Counted from the first letter of the stretch, positions 1-14,620 are shown. The stretch is DNA of 64,000 bases from Eledone cirrhosa (GCA_964016885.1 OZ024743.1:240746001-240810000); one strand, 5' to 3'. Notes: a model not told the origin generated them from the sequence alone. Translations and numbers: made by a program.

Positions 1-431
1 TGTGATTATATGGGTAATGATGAAGGTGGTGCTGGCGTGGATGTTGATGCTGTTGAGTGCATTTGTTGTTGCGATGGTGGTGAGGGAGTGATAGTGGTGG
101 CCGCAGTGATTATGATTATGATTACGATGATGATTTTTGTAGTACATATTACCGATAATGTGATGGCGCTGGCGTTAATGTTGGTCGCGCCGCCGCCGCC
201 GCCGCCGCAGGTAGAGAGATTACTCCAAACTACAGCTGAATCATAGCAAAAGAAAATATTGATGAATCGATGCCAATTTTCGAAGAATATGTTGCGAAAA
301 GTTTTCGCGATATTCAATAAGAAGAGAAAGAATTGTTTTAAATTCTCATCTCCTCCTATGTTCATTGACTTCCTCTTCACCATCATTATTCATATTCTTC
401 CCAGTTTTCTATTGTTTACTTTGTTGTTGTT

Positions 432-462
<31 letters not shown>

Positions 463-504
463 CTGCTGTTGTTTTTGTTGTTGTTGTTGTTGTTGTTATT
501 GTTA

Positions 505-2990
505 TACCTTTTGTCACGCAGTATAGATAGAAAATGCACCTGAGTATTTTGTCATCTGTAAAGTCACAAGGACCCCAGGCAGATAATACTCTTCTTAAGA
601 TGTGCGTACTGACTACTAGCAAGACTGATTTTTCTGACACCAATCTTGCAGTTCTTGCAGTTTTAAGAAGTCTTGAAGTTTCAATGAGCTTTACCCTAAT
701 TACAACTGGTATCACTTTCACACAGTCTTGCAATCTCCACTTTTATATCGGAGTACTTGGTGACTTTTCAACCCCATAACGTGCAATATCCATGTCAATT
801 GGTATGGCTACACCATTGATCTGAAGGTATTTGTCTTTTTTGTTCAATACGACATTATCCGGCCGACGATGCTCAATTACTCCAACAGTTTAAAAATCAC
901 AATCTCAGAATATCGTCGCTTTCCCACCATCCTGCATTATTTTACAAGACACATGCTTATACTTCGTCTCTATTACTTCTTATTGGTATTTACGACATAA
1001 AAGCCAGTGAATGCATAAACAAACTTTATCATGGCGGCGCTTCTATTCCTTTTGCGCAAGGCTCTCACATCCACTTACCAAGTGGGTTACATTTTCTACA
1101 TTCTTTACATAGAGTCTTTATTTCTGGGTGTTAGAGTTTTATAGATATTATACTTCACCGAATTGGTAGCAAGAGCTTAGTTTGTGATGCAATCATAAGG
1201 CTTTCAGTGAAACGCTTGGTTAAGCAAATCACCTTGGTTAAGCCTTGTTCATGATGTTTTATCCTTGATATCTTGTGTATTTCTTTCAAACTGCCCGTAC
1301 ATTCTTATTTTCAGACCTTTTATCTTCTTTTCAACTCTTCTGCTAAACTCTTCCTTAGCAGCAATTTCCCCTGCCTTCATGCTTATATCTAATGTGCATA
1401 TAACAAAAGCTCTTCGCCATTGATTACCAAATATTTTCAAGCGTTCTCCTTTAACTCAATACAAATTAATCCATATTGATGAGACATCTACCACAATTCT
1501 TTCTTTTCATGTTCAATTTGAATATATTTACTTTAGGGTGTAAAGCTCCGTACAATGTCATTAACTTTCTCCTCTTTCTATCCAACTTTGCTGTTCATTC
1601 TTCTGTCCAACTGAGAATGGACACACTATATCAAAATACTGCAACTGCCCAGATATTCATTGCATTGATTAGATTTCTCGCATTCAGGTTGGATTTTAAA
1701 ACCATTTTTACTCCTTTTAAATGTCTCTTTAACTTTTTGTTGCATGCAAAATGTCATCCAATTCTAAAGTTCTCAAATATTTGTACCCACTATCTTTCGG
1801 TTCCCTTACGGTTTCTCCCGATGGCAGCCTTAATCCACAACTGGCTGCTTTTTCCCCTCTTTCAGTATTGAGCACAGAGTATTTGGAGATCCCAAATTCC
1901 ATACTGATATCACTGTTATATATCTGGGCTGTTTTAACCACAGAATCTATCTGGTTTTCGGATTACTCAAACAGTTTCAGGTTATCCATAAACAGAGGAG
2001 GGTTTATGAATGGATTTTACCTTTAACGTTGAAAACCCATTTAAACTTTCCTAAGTGTCATTGCTATAGTGAAAAGAGCAATGACAAATACTAATAGCAG
2101 ATGAAAATGAGTCACCTTCGAAGATACCTCTTGTAATTCCTACTTCTCCGAGGAATACATTGATCGAGGACAACTTGGTCTTCCACTCTAGCATACAATC
2201 GTATGAAAATTTGTGATGTTGTCAGCAATACCAAGCATCTGTAGGTATTCTATGATTAATTCAAGAATGAGGTACCATATCATCTGCTTTCTTAAAGTAA
2301 ATCCAGGCCATAGACGTATTGGTATAATGTTTTTTTACAATACATTAAATCTGTTGTATCGATCACCACGTGATATTTGGTACCCTGAGATCTTCTATAT
2401 CTTTTTTGTTCCCTTCGAAATGTTTATTTCTGTTCACATACAAGTATTTTCTTACCTTCCAGCAGTCGACAAAAATCGTACTTTATACTTCTTGTCTAAA
2501 GTCTCTCGCCAGTTTTTTCCGTTTTCCATTTTGCTCTAAACCATTGCTCAATTTTACTTAGATCTTGCCTTAACCGGATTATGGCATTTCAATGAGGCGT
2601 TTCCACCAGAGTTCTCTTCTTTTATTTTGCTTTGTTTTCAGTAGTTGTAATTTTTCCTCAAAATTTATCATTTTTGTAATTTCATTCATCAAAATCCTAT
2701 CCACCCATCTCATATTCATCGGATTTTTATCTTCGGGAGCATTCATCAAATCAATTGGCTCATTTCTCTTGTATAGCCATTCTCAGCAGTACTTGGGTTC
2801 AATCTATAACCTTTCTTTACAGCAGTCCTAACACTTCCATCATAATTACCAGTTCTTGTCTATTTTTCTCTCTGACTTCAACTGTAGAAACGGCTTCGGC
2901 TTCTACTCTAACGTCTCTTTGTTGCTCATCTGCAGATTCCCTTAAACGTTCACCAATCCGAGATTCTTCTACCTCAGTTAAACAAACAAC
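505..2990 (-). mobile_element. Degenerate restriction-like-endonuclease non-LTR retrotransposon (R4/Dong-like), fragmented
   Basis: ORF fragments resemble R4-clade RT (DISMEFGISKYSVL...YKYLRTLE, 1729-1941) and C-terminus (VKVIPVVI...KSVLLVVSTHILRRVL, 416-733). Many stops. Abuts a (TTG/TTA)n tract. Boundaries approximate. Confidence 0.7.
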
Positions 2991-3068
2991 CCTCCACCCA
3001 TCTTAGAATTTTTTTACCCCACTTTCTAATCTCGGTTTCTTAAACTTCTCTCTCTCCGAACTTTGTTC

Positions 3069-3104
3069 TTTCCTGATGAAGGAATTATGTCCGATACGTT
3101 GAAA
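3069..3104 (+). ncRNA. Degenerate minimal type I hammerhead ribozyme
   Basis: TTTC-CTGATGA-A-GGA(ATTATG)TCC-GATACGTT-GAAA. The GAAA core is mutated to GATA. Downstream GCGTGAAATTAATAA is shared with the 18860 element. Confidence 0.55.
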
Positions 3105-3208
3105 CATATATTTATTTATTTATATACATTACCAAGCGTGAAATTAATAAGACTGGGTTTTTGCATCTCCGTGTTTGTCTTATTCATTCTCTTTATATAT
3201 ATGTATGC

Positions 3209-3239
<31 letters not shown>

Positions 3240-3294
3240 TGTATGTATGTATGTATGTATGTATGTATGTATGTATGTATGTATGTATGTATGT

Positions 3295-3497
3295 AGTTAC
3301 CGATGATGTTGATATTTTCTTCTTTTCGGGTTATAGCTGCTGTCGCTCAGAGAGTGGGATTGGCTCGGTGCACAGTCTTTCCTCACTTTAAAAAATATCT
3401 TCATGTACAGGCATTGCACGATAGAATTAATTAATAATTATTAATAATGGTATATCGTGCAATGGCCATACTCGATAACGAGGGGGTAGCCATCATC
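3295..3497. repeat. Dispersed interspersed repeat (second copy ~35352-35556; short related end ~10964-11002)
   Basis: Near-identical AGTTACCGATGATGTTGAT...GCAATGGCCATACT...GCCATCAT blocks, flanked by (TATG)n. Confidence 0.75.
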
Positions 3498-3536
3498 ATG
3501 TATGTATGTTTGTATCTCTCTCTCTCACTCTCTCTC

Positions 3537-3655
<119 letters not shown>

Positions 3656-3811
3656 TTGTAAAATCCCGACTGCGGCACCAAGCGGTTTCCGCTTGTGTGT
3701 TCAGCAAGCGTTTGAAAAAGCTCTCTGAACAAATATCTCTATACCCAATCCGCATCTCCCCATGTATCCAGTACTTTCATGATTAGTGGTCTCCACGATC
3801 TCGGCACCACA

Positions 3812-3929
<118 letters not shown>

Positions 3930-4793
3930 ATTATGAATGTATGCTTGTGCTCGATTTATTAAGAAATTACAAAACCATATACATTATTGATATTCAGCAT
4001 CTTACATTGAATACGTCTATAATATCTAATCGAATCTATACATGTCCAGGTGCTTTTACCAATTTCTTAAATATTCCGAATCCAGTCGTTATAGTTATAC
4101 ATTGCTACCCATTACTTTTATTTCCTCTTTTCTTGGACTGTCTCACAATTCTGTCTCAATAGATATTTCTACATATAAGTCAGCTTGAAAATTAAGCATT
4201 TTTTCAATTTGTTAAGGTAACAGCTCTTATTTAGGGGACAGCATATATATTAATTTCCGTTCCAATTTTAATGATAATACATAAATCTTCAAGCTTTGAA
4301 ACATATTCCGATACTAGTGAATTTGGAACAGCAAACAAGACGAAAATATCGATTTGACACGTAAAACCAGGCTGAAATTAAAGAGAAATAGTGACTCCTA
4401 CAAAACAATTCCAGTACATTCCTCTCCTTAAAATATACGTTTTTTAGTAGCACTATGGAACTCAGCTTGCATTAAGACAACCGACGTTGAAAACCAAGCA
4501 AAGATATAGACTAATCGGTAACATTTACTTTAAATGAACTATAGTTGCCTCTCTCAAAATAGGATCTTTTTCAGTTGTGTAACTCAGGTAATAAGTGTTA
4601 AGCAACGAAACAATATTGTCCCGGTGCCATCTTGGATTAAAGCATGTCTCTCATTATAAGATATCTGACCGTCAGATTGGTTGAACACTTGTGAAACTTA
4701 AAATAACGGCAAAAGACAGCAGTCTAATAAGTGTTATTACAATTTCAATTGAGTACTTTTTCTCATGTTCCTTATACACAACACTCACACACA

Positions 4794-4868
<75 letters not shown>

Positions 4869-5261
4869 TGTGTGTATGCGTGTATATACATACTTATACA
4901 GACATAAGTACACAAACACACGCACGCAAACACGCACACACATACGCGCGTACATGCGCATATATGTTCAGACTAATACACACATATTTGTATGCGTGTA
5001 TGTATGAATATGTTAAATAATACATTAGGAGGTTAAGCTCATGCTAACCCTCTATCAGCAAAATTTATTGACTCGACAATTATACTGAATCCCAATAGAT
5101 TTTAACTCAAATTGATTTCATGATGATGTTGATGGTGTTATCGCAGCTATTATTGTTGTCATTAATGTCGTCGTTAATCTTGTCGCGACTACTATTCTTG
5201 TGTTTATTGTTGATATTGTTGTTAACGCTGTTCCTGTTCTTCTTAATATAAAGTGTTTTAG

Positions 5262-5667
5262 GGCTGTAAATTGGCAGAATCAGTAGAGCGTCGGACGCCC
5301 TGCTTCGCGGCAATGAATTACGGCCTTTCACACTCTGGGATCAAATTCTGTCGAGGTTAGCTTTACCTTTCATCTTTATGGGGTAGATAAAATAAAGTCA
5401 CGTAGTGGGGTCTATTTAATCGACTTTCCCTCCCTCCAAACTGCTGGACTTATACCTATATCAGAAACATTATTATAAAGCGTGATTGGCAGAATCGGTA
5501 GAGAGTCGGACACCATGGTTTGAAGCATAGAGTTACGTCCTTTTATGATCTGAGTTCAAATACCGCCGAGATTAACTTTGCCTTTCATCCTACGGGATCG
5601 ATAACATAAAGTACCAGTAATGTACTGGGTAATTGCTGGCCTTGTGCCTAAAATACAAACAATTATT
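5262..5667 (+). mobile_element. Two tandem tRNA-derived SINEs with Nin-type central domain
   Basis: A-box-like TGGCAGAATCGGTAGAG, B-box-like GAGTTCAAATACC, CCTTTCATCC..GGGTCGATAA..AAGTACCAGT core, ATT-repeat tail. Confidence 0.75.
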
Positions 5668-5759
5668 ATAAAGTATTTTTTCGTTATTTCTTTGCTATTT
5701 AATGGAGCAGAGTAAGACGAATTACACACATTTTATGCCACATTGGAAGTGGGCTATGC

Positions 5760-6120
5760 TGCAGTGTAGTGTGTGTTGTAAGTGTGGTGTAAGTTTATTG
5801 AAAGTGTGTTGTAAGTGTGCTATATGTATAGTGTGGTGTGTGTTGTAAGTGTAATGTAAGTGTATTGTAAGTGTGGTGTAAGTGTACTATACATGTAGTG
5901 TAAGTATAGTGTAGTATAAGTTGGCTCTAAATGTAATATAGTGTAAATGTGCTGTAAGCATAGAGCAACGCCAAAACAAAGGTAAACACCTTTTCTACAA
6001 ATGATGCGAAAGTGTATTGCAAATATAACAGAAATGTGTATCTGTAGTGAATGTGTAAATTAAGTATCACGTAAGTGTACAGAAAGTCTGATGTAAGTGA
6101 AAATGAAGTGTAAGCATACT
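5760..6120. repeat. Degenerate (AGTGT/GTAAGTGT)n low-complexity tandem repeat
   Basis: Recurrent GTAAGTGT / GTAGTGT units. Confidence 0.6.
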
Positions 6121-7286
6121 GTATTGTTAGGAAAATGTAGAATAAGAAGTGCAGTTTAGTCCAAGCAGTGTATAATTCTAGCGTTGAGTTAGGGATGTAC
6201 CCTGAAATATATATTTCTATTGGTGCATGATATAATTTACGTGTGGATTAAGTCTAACGAAAGTGTGTTTTAAGTATAGTGTTGCTTGTTGTAGAGGACA
6301 AGTGAATGTCGACTGTTGTATTGGAGAAAATATGACTTAACTACATACAATATAGAGAAGAGCAAGAAAAAACAAGTGTTGATATTGTTTCCAATGTTCT
6401 TAATGAAGCCAAAATCAATGACAAAACTAACATGGAACTGCTAAGAATTTCCTGGGATCCCCCAATTACTTGAACTAAGCAGATTTTGTGCTTTTCATTA
6501 ATGATTCTCTACGAGGTATATGATGCCTCAGTGAATCTAAATCGTAAGAGGAGGATATATACGAAGTTTGTTTTGCAAAAATTTGTGAGGTTTCAATTTT
6601 GATACTGTTGAGCCTTACTTTCGTCTAGTATCTTTTTAGCACCATAGCCTGAGATCAGCCATAGCCTTGTGAGTATAATTGGTTGAGAGAAAAGTATGCA
6701 GAAGCCCCATCAAATCGATTGTTAAAGTAATGCAAAAGCCAAGTTCTGCCGTTCATAATCAATTTGACACTTGTTCTGCTAGAGTAATACCTTAAGAATA
6801 AATATGGATACAGGTATGGATAGTTTCCTTCGCAATCATAAGGTTCGGGGCTCGACTTTACTGCGTTGCAAATGTCTTTAATATAACCGCGTATCAACGG
6901 AAGCTTTGTAGGTGAAACTACGCAAACATAGACTCGTCAGAAGGGTCATACCTGCAATTCAGAAGTCCAGTCTTGTCACACATTGTTTCATACTGATTCA
7001 GTTTGAGAATTATATTAAAGGTACACATGTCTATGAAATACTCAACCACTTAGATGCAAATTCAACGAGTAGTTGAGTGAACAACTGAGTATTTATCACC
7101 ACCACCAATGGAGTGTACAGCAGAGGTTTAAGTGGATTATACAGTAACATACAATGTAGTTTAATTGCCAACACAAACAGAGAGTACACTACAGGTTAAT
7201 TTGGATTATCCAACAACATATGATGTAGGTATGTTGCCCAATTTGGTCTAACAAACGAACACATATATGTATGTATGTGTGTATGT

Positions 7287-10200
7287 ATCTTGTTGCAAAG
7301 GAGCTTCGACGTTACGATCTTGACATCGTAGCTTTATCTGAGACAAGGTTAGCTGGAGATGGTCATCTTACAGAATGTTGTGGGGAATATACATTCTTCT
7401 GGAATGGAAGAGATGAAGCAACCAGAAGAGAGGCTGGGGTAGCATTTGCTATTAAGACTGCTCTTGTGGATAAATTAGAAGAATTCCCAGTGGGGATTAG
7501 TGAGCGTCTTATGTCCATGAGAATTCCGCTGGACAATGGAAGATATGCGACCCTGGTGAGTGTGTATGCTCCAACTATGAATTCTGTCGATGAAGAAAAA
7601 GTATCTTTTTACCATGCCTTGAAAGGTGTTTTAAGAAATATCCCTCAGGCAGACAAGGTCATCGTGTTTGGTGACTTTAATGCTAGAGTGGGTAGGGATT
7701 TTAACACATGGAATGTAATCGGAAGGCATGGGGTGGGAAAGTTTAACAACAATGGTAAGCTCCTGCTACAGATGTGTAAGGAGCTGGATCTGTGTATTAC
7801 CAAAACCATGTTCCAGCAAAAGAACAAATTTAAGACCACATGGATGCATTCTGCATCTAAGGAATGGCATCTTTTGGACTACGTCCTTGTCAGGATGCGT
7901 GACAGATGGGATGTTCAGTGTGTTCGTGCTCTTCGTGGAGCTGAGTGCTGGACGGACCACCGTCTGGTACGCGCAAAAGTGAAATTAATCACTAAACGTA
8001 AAATCCGGGCTCCTGGTATTACCCTGCCCAGAAGATTGAATGCTGCTCATCTTAGAGATAAAAACGGGAAGAGGACATTGCGAGAAGAGATGCATGTTGC
8101 AGATCTTGGTGAGGATTAGCTGACCCTTAAAAAGTAGGTTTATGATGTAGGCAGGCGTGTTCTGGGATTGGTGCAGAGAAAACATCAAGACTAGTGTAAT
8201 GAGAATGATGAACATATAGATGACTTGTTGGCTGATAAGAGGCGTGCCCTGTCACGCTACTTGACAGCAAAACCACAGGAGAAGAATATGTTGCATAAGG
8301 AAATCAAGGATGTGAAATCACGTGTTAGGCGGAGTCTTTCTCAGATGAAGGATAAGTGGTGGAGTGAGAAGGCAGATGAGATACAAGCTGCATCATATTC
8401 CAATAATACAAAGCTGTTGTACAGTCTCTTGCGTGAAGTTTATGGACCATCTTCTTCTCTAGTGACACCGCTTCGCATCGAGGATGGCAACGAACTTCTT
8501 CGTGGCTCACAAGGAATTCTACGAAGGTGGCGAGAGCACTTTGATGAACTTTTGATTTAGCCGTTTGTCGTCAATGAACATTTTCTCAATCTCATTCCTG
8601 AAAAACCTGGGAAAGTAACTCTCGCAGAACCACCGACGCTTGTGGAGGTTGCAGTAGCTATCTGGAAGCTGAACAGTGGAAGGTCTCCAGGTATGGATGG
8701 CATACATGCAGAGCTCTTACAATATGGTGGTGAGAGACTTCTGCAACATCTTCACTCTTTATTTGGCAGGATATGGGCTAGTGAATCCGTATCTGAGGAC
8801 TGGAGAGATGCAGTAATGGTGGTCTTGTACAAGGGAAAAGGTAACACGAATGATTGTGGAAACTACAGAGGTATATCATTGCTTTCTGTCGTAGAAAGAA
8901 TTTTATGTAGGGTGCTTCTGGACCGTCTGCTGACACACATTGCAGATTGAGTTCTTCCTAAAAGTCAATCTGGTTTTCGTGCTGGACGCGGCACTACTGA
9001 TTTGATCATCTCAGCTAGAAAGCTCCAGGAGAAGTGCATGGAACAAGGTTTGGATCTGTATCAGGTTTTTGTCGATCTGACAAAAGCCTTCGATAGTGTT
9101 AACAGAAATGCATTGTGGAAGGTACTCCAGAAACTTAGTTTCCCTGATAAGTTCCCTGATTTGATTAGGCCTTTCCATGACGACATGAAGGCTGGGGTTA
9201 ATGTCAGAGGTAACATGTCGGAGCCTATCTCAGTAAAGAAATGGAGTGAAATAAGGGAATATTCCAGCATCGACCCTGTTTGCCACACACTTTGCAATGG
9301 TTTTCTATATTGCATTCAGCAATTGCGAGCATGGTGTTTACATTCAATATCGAACCTCAGGCAGCATATTTAACATCAGGCGCTTTGCTGCAAAAACAAA
9401 AGTATTTACATCAATCATAAGAGACCTATGGTATGCAGATGTTTGCGATCTTGTAGCGCACACAGAGAGTGATATGCAGCACATTTTGAATGCAATTTCT
9501 GATGCTTGCACTGTCCTACGATTGACTGTCAGTCTCAAGAAATCCGTTGTCATGTACCAACCTGCCCCTGGTAGGCAGTACAGTGAACCAACTATCTATG
9601 TGTATGGTAAACGACTTGGAGTGGTTGATCAGTTTGTCTACCTGGGAAGTACTGTAAATCGATACAGCAACCTTGATAATGAAAGTCCACTTAGGATTAG
9701 GAAAGCAAGTGATGTTTTCGGAAAGCTAGAAAGGCGACTCTGGGGTCGGCGAGACATATGCAAGAAGACAAAGGTAAAAATGTACAAGGCATGTGTGCTC
9801 TCTTTTCTTCTTTATGCCTGCGAGACCTGGGTCACATATCGACACCACCTTAAACAGTTGGAGCGTTTCCATCAGATGTGTCTCAGACGGATCCATGGCG
9901 TTCACTGAAGGGACCACATCAGTGATGTCGAGATTTTGGAAAGCTCTATGTGTGACAGTATAGAAGCTCTTGTGCTTAAACAACGACTCCGTTGGAGTGG
10001 TCACCTTGCCAGGATGACAGATTCTAGAATACCAAAACAACTCTTTTATGGAGAGTTAGTTAAAGGACCTCTACATAAACCAAAAAAGAGGTATAGGGAT
10101 TCATTGAAAGCTTCTTTGAAAGACGCTAACATCTCTTCTGATACATGGGAAAATGTTGCTGCTGATCGTAATAAATGGAGAAAGACTGTATATGAGGGCA

Positions 10201-10608
10201 AAGTTGCCTTTGAGGTATCTAGAATCGCATACGAGAAAGTAAAGAGAGATGTGAGGAAGGGCATTACTGTTGCATTTACAGATAGCGAAGGTCCTCCTCC
10301 TATGACGCTGACATGCAGCGTCTGTGCGAGACTGTCTCAGCAAACCTGGACTCGAAAGTCATCTTCGCAGTCATAAAGTAAGACCAGTGGTTGACTACCA
10401 GGCTGCTGTTGGAGATGCTACTCATCATGCTTGCCAAGCATGTGGTCGAGAATGTAAGTCAGCAGGAGAGTTCAAACGACATGCAAAAGTACATGAACTC
10501 CAACCACAGCCGGCTATTCCCAGTGAATGTTTTGGGAGCCAACTCTGTGAAAGACATTTTAGGTCATTGGCTGGGCTAAAAAGCCACATTCGATCGCAGC
10601 ACTGTTAA
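7287..10608 (+). mobile_element. RTE-clade LINE, near full length, disrupted (APE endonuclease - RT - three C2H2 zinc fingers)
   Basis: APE motifs DIVALSETR, GVAFAI, YAPT, GDFNARVG, LLDYVLV, TDHRLV. RT motifs SPGMDGI, NYRGISLLS, FVDLTKAFDSV, WYADV (mutated YADD). C-terminal LRWSGH and CxxC..HxxxH x3. Several stops and frameshifts. Confidence 0.92.
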
Positions 10609-10744
10609 TTGTTATCGTGTGTGTGTATGCGTGTGTGTATGTGTGTGTGTGTATATGTATATATAGATATGTATATGTGTGTGTGTATATATATATAGTA
10701 TTATTATTATTGTTGTTGTTATTATTACTGTCATTATTATGTTT

Positions 10745-10940
10745 GAGGGCGGTGGATTGGCAGTATCGGTAGAGGGTCGGACGCCATGCTTTGACGCATT
10801 GAGTTACGGCCCTTGCCATTCTGAGTTAAAACCCCTCCGAGATTAACTTTGCCTTTCATCCTTACGGGGTCGATAAAATAAAGTACCAGTAATGCACTGG
10901 GTAATTGCTGGTCTTGTACCAAAAAGTAGAAACAATTATT
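10745..10940 (+). mobile_element. Nin-domain tRNA-derived SINE
   Basis: Same A/B boxes and GCCTTTCATCCTTACGGGGTCGATAAAATAAAGTACCAGT core as 5262-5667. Confidence 0.8.
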
Positions 10941-11182
10941 ATGTTTTTTTTTGTTTTTTTTTTCGTGCAATGGCCATACTAGATAACGAGGCAGCCATCA
11001 TCATATATGTATAAATGTGTGTGTGTGTATAAAACCTGTCCTGTTTTTGTCTGCATCTGTTCTGCTGCGTCCCAATAGGGTGTATAATATCAACCTTAAT
11101 TTTCACCGAAACTGTGCTTATTCCCAGAAGTTGACTGAGGAGATGTTACTGTCCGATTATCCGTTGATTCTTCCATTGTCTT

Positions 11183-11292
11183 TGTCCTGTGTGTGCTACT
11201 CTTTTGGATATATAGCATACCGCCTAACTACCTTAGTGTCCTGTGTGTGCTACTGTTTTGGATATATAGCATACCGCCTACCTTCCTTAGTG
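11183..11292. repeat. Two-copy ~54 bp tandem duplication
   Basis: GTCCTGTGTGTGCTACT.TTTTGGATATATAGCATACCGCCTA..T.CCTTAGT x2. Confidence 0.8.
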
Positions 11293-11471
11293 TTTAAATC
11301 ACTTAGAAATTATATTTTCCAAAGAATTATCTATATCAATGATTAACGTTAATCTAATTTATACATGCGCATGCTCTGGTGTGCATGTACATGTCTGTGT
11401 ATGTATGTGTGCGTGTACGTATGGGTGTATGCATATGTATGTACGATTGTATGTATGTATGTTTGTACCTC

Positions 11472-11524
<53 letters not shown>

Positions 11525-11527
11525 AAT

Positions 11528-11577
11528 AGTACCACTGATGATGTTGCAGATGTGCAACGAAAGAACTTTGTTAGACT
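11528..11577 (+). ncRNA. Type I hammerhead ribozyme in small (TA)n-flanked element (~11521-11766)
   Basis: ACCA-CTGATGA-T-GTTGCA(GATG)TGCAAC-GAAA-GAAC-TT-TGTTA. Perfect 6-bp stem II, imperfect stem I. Confidence 0.65.
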
Positions 11578-11787
11578 ATATATATATGTTTATATCTGTA
11601 TTTTTGACCGTTAGTCAGTCAGTGATAAACATTGAGGACCAAAATGCATTAACTATGGAGATATAAAAGATACAGAAGCGAAAACCAACCAAATAGTCAG
11701 TGTGTTCTGTTATTATTTCTGACAATATTATTACAAGAATATGACCCTCCCCCAACTATAACAATATATATATATATATTTTTTTTT

Positions 11788-12349
11788 AGTTAATTCTATT
11801 GACTGATGAATAGCTTTTGTTAATTTTAAAACCATTCTGTTGAGAACTTAATTCGTTTTGTGATATTTTGCAATTTTGCAATAATAACACACATACTGAA
11901 TTCATCCGCCAAAACTAAAGGTTGCCCCCCCCCCTTGTCGAGCCCTACGCGGGTTTTGATAACGGTCAATCCTTCGCTTGGCACTTGAACTAAAAGCCTG
12001 TTGAGAAAGTGACTTCCTTGTTCGATCATCTTACCAAAAGCTTAACATTATTTGTCTAAGCAGACAGTACTTGATTTAGGAGTTGCAGAAACCCAAATGC
12101 TGGATTTTACCAACTTTCCAGGGGTCCGGGTATAATTTTCAATCATATTTTATTCGTTTGACCCGAATTACTTGGTCGTTTCTATGGCTGTTCGGATAAT
12201 GGTTTAACCATCGTCTCAGTGTGTTTGGCCTTTTAACTTATGTTGTAGCTCTCGTTCACTAGCTTCTATGGAGCGCTTGCCACTCATCTCGGAGGTTGTT
12301 TTTTCGCTAATTTCCAATAGCCGAAATACGATTCTCGCTAATTTATATT

Positions 12350-12352
<3 letters not shown>
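11788..12352. repeat. ~565 bp (TA)n-flanked dispersed repeat (diverged second copy ~36390-36945)
   Basis: Collinear shared blocks TAATTCTATTGACTGAT, GTTCGATCAT..TACCAAAAGCTTA, AACCATCGTCTCAGT, CCGAAAT.CGATTCTCGCTAA. Confidence 0.8.
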
Positions 12353-12383
<31 letters not shown>

Positions 12384-12399
12384 TCTCTCTCTCTCTCTT

Positions 12400-12472
<73 letters not shown>

Positions 12473-12649
12473 GGGGGGAGGGGGTGTATGTGCGAGCGTC
12501 CGGGAACAGGTAAATATAAGTGCGATCTCACACGTGTGAGTAAACCTGTCCCATATGACCACAACCTTGGTCGACATTTCTGATGATTTATACAAGTGAA
12601 ACAACTCCAGTCCAGTACTAACAATTTCTATATTATATATCATCTACAG

Positions 12650-12681
<32 letters not shown>

Positions 12682-12736
12682 CTGTATGTATGTATCTATG
12701 TAGGTATATCTATCTATCATACACACACATATATAT

Positions 12737-12817
<81 letters not shown>

Positions 12818-12828
12818 TATATATAAAC

Positions 12829-12864
<36 letters not shown>

Positions 12865-12978
12865 CTATATATATATATATATACATACATATATATGTAT
12901 GTACGTATATCTATCTATATATATATACATACATATATATGTATGTACGTATATCTATCTATATATCTATCTATCTAG

Positions 12979-13043
<65 letters not shown>

Positions 13044-13078
13044 CGTATATCTATCTATCTATCTATCTATCTATCTAG

Positions 13079-13124
<46 letters not shown>

Positions 13125-13439
13125 ACAGCTAGCTAGATAGATATAGTAATATAATTAAAGCGAAAAAATAAGTGAGACACAGGAAGAGAAAGAAACTGAC
13201 AGAGAAAGAGAAGAAGAGAAAGAGAAGTAGAGCAAGGGAAGTAGAGAAAGAGAGAGTGGGGTGACTCAGAACGACTAATTGTTGCCTGCAGCTCCTGTAA
13301 GAATCGAACCAATAGATTCGTTAGAAAGTCTTCACATCATTAACGTAGTAGATTTTTATGGGGACGAGGGGAGGTGATACACACACACACACACACACAC
13401 AGACACAGACACACACACACACACACACACACAGACATA

Positions 13440-13539
<100 letters not shown>

Positions 13540-13842
13540 AATATATATATATATTAAAGAGATAGAGAGAGGGTGACAGATAAAGACAGGTAAAAAGATA
13601 AAAAAGTGAGAGAGAGAGTAAGTGAGAGAGAGAGGGGAATGAGTGAGAGAGAGAAAGGATGTGGAGAATGAGGGAGAGAGAGAGAGAGGGAGAGAGAGAG
13701 GGGGAGAGAGAGAGACGGAATGGTGAGAGGCAGAAGAAATACTTGTTTCATCTTAAACCTCTCTCCGTTTTTCTTTCCTCGTCTCGCTCTCCGGCTGTCT
13801 TTCTGTTTCTAAGTCTATGTCTGTCAGTCTGAATCTGCCCTT

Positions 13843-13924
<82 letters not shown>

Positions 13925-14174
13925 TCACACACACACACTCACACACACTCTCTGTCCTCCATTGCTATAAGCTATAATAAGCCATGTTGCTGAGATAATC
14001 TGCAGCGATATCAACTTCATTTCGATGTTATCTTCAAATGAGTTGCGACCAGAATATTTGTCATTTAATATTGTTTTCAAACAACTTCCACTGGACCGAA
14101 AGAAAACAAAGGGTAAGCTGGGTGGTTTGAAGATTGCTTGGTCGGTAGTTCGGTTGGTTAGACGCTCTGTCGAT

Positions 14175-14345
14175 GTGGAGGCAATCATGGCCAAATAGTT
14201 AAGAAGTTTTGTATACCATCATGAAGTTCCGAGTTCGAGATCACTGTATGGCATCTTTGGAAAGTAAGTGTCTTTACCTTAGTCTGGGATCATCCTAAGC
14301 TATTGGGAGTGAATCTGTATAGACGGAAACTGCGTGAAAACCCAT
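14175..14345 (+). mobile_element. Degenerate tRNA-derived SINE
   Basis: TGGCCAAATAGTTAAG A-box-like, GAGTTCGAGATC B-box-like, AGACGGAAACTG..GAAAACCC tail. Confidence 0.55.
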
Positions 14346-14620
14346 CAGAAGGATTCAACCTGCAATTCTAAGGTCCCGCCATGTCACATATGGTCTTGTT
14401 GATTCTGGATGAGAATTACTTGTGTATGCGTGTCTATGGAATACTCAACAACTTACGCACAGTGGGTCTTCTAGAGTCTTGTCTGTAGTGTTCCAAAGAA
14501 AGATGAAAGCAATACCGCAAGACCAGTATGACCACCATCTCCAACTTATTTCAATTCTCCTATTATTACCATCACCACCAGCACCACTAACTAAATGTGT
14601 CCGTTCAGAATACACACACA

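Noticed and set aside
6655-6897. 80 aa non-repetitive ORF as a host exon
   Set aside because: No recognisable domain or splice support.
12165-12225. Minus-strand CTGAGA...GAAA motif in the 11788/36390 repeat family
   Set aside because: Stem II is plausible but there is no stem I, and GAAA is not conserved in the second copy.
12575-12615. CTGATGA...GAAACAACTC hammerhead-like motif
   Set aside because: Stem I does not close and stem II is weak; at best a decayed copy.
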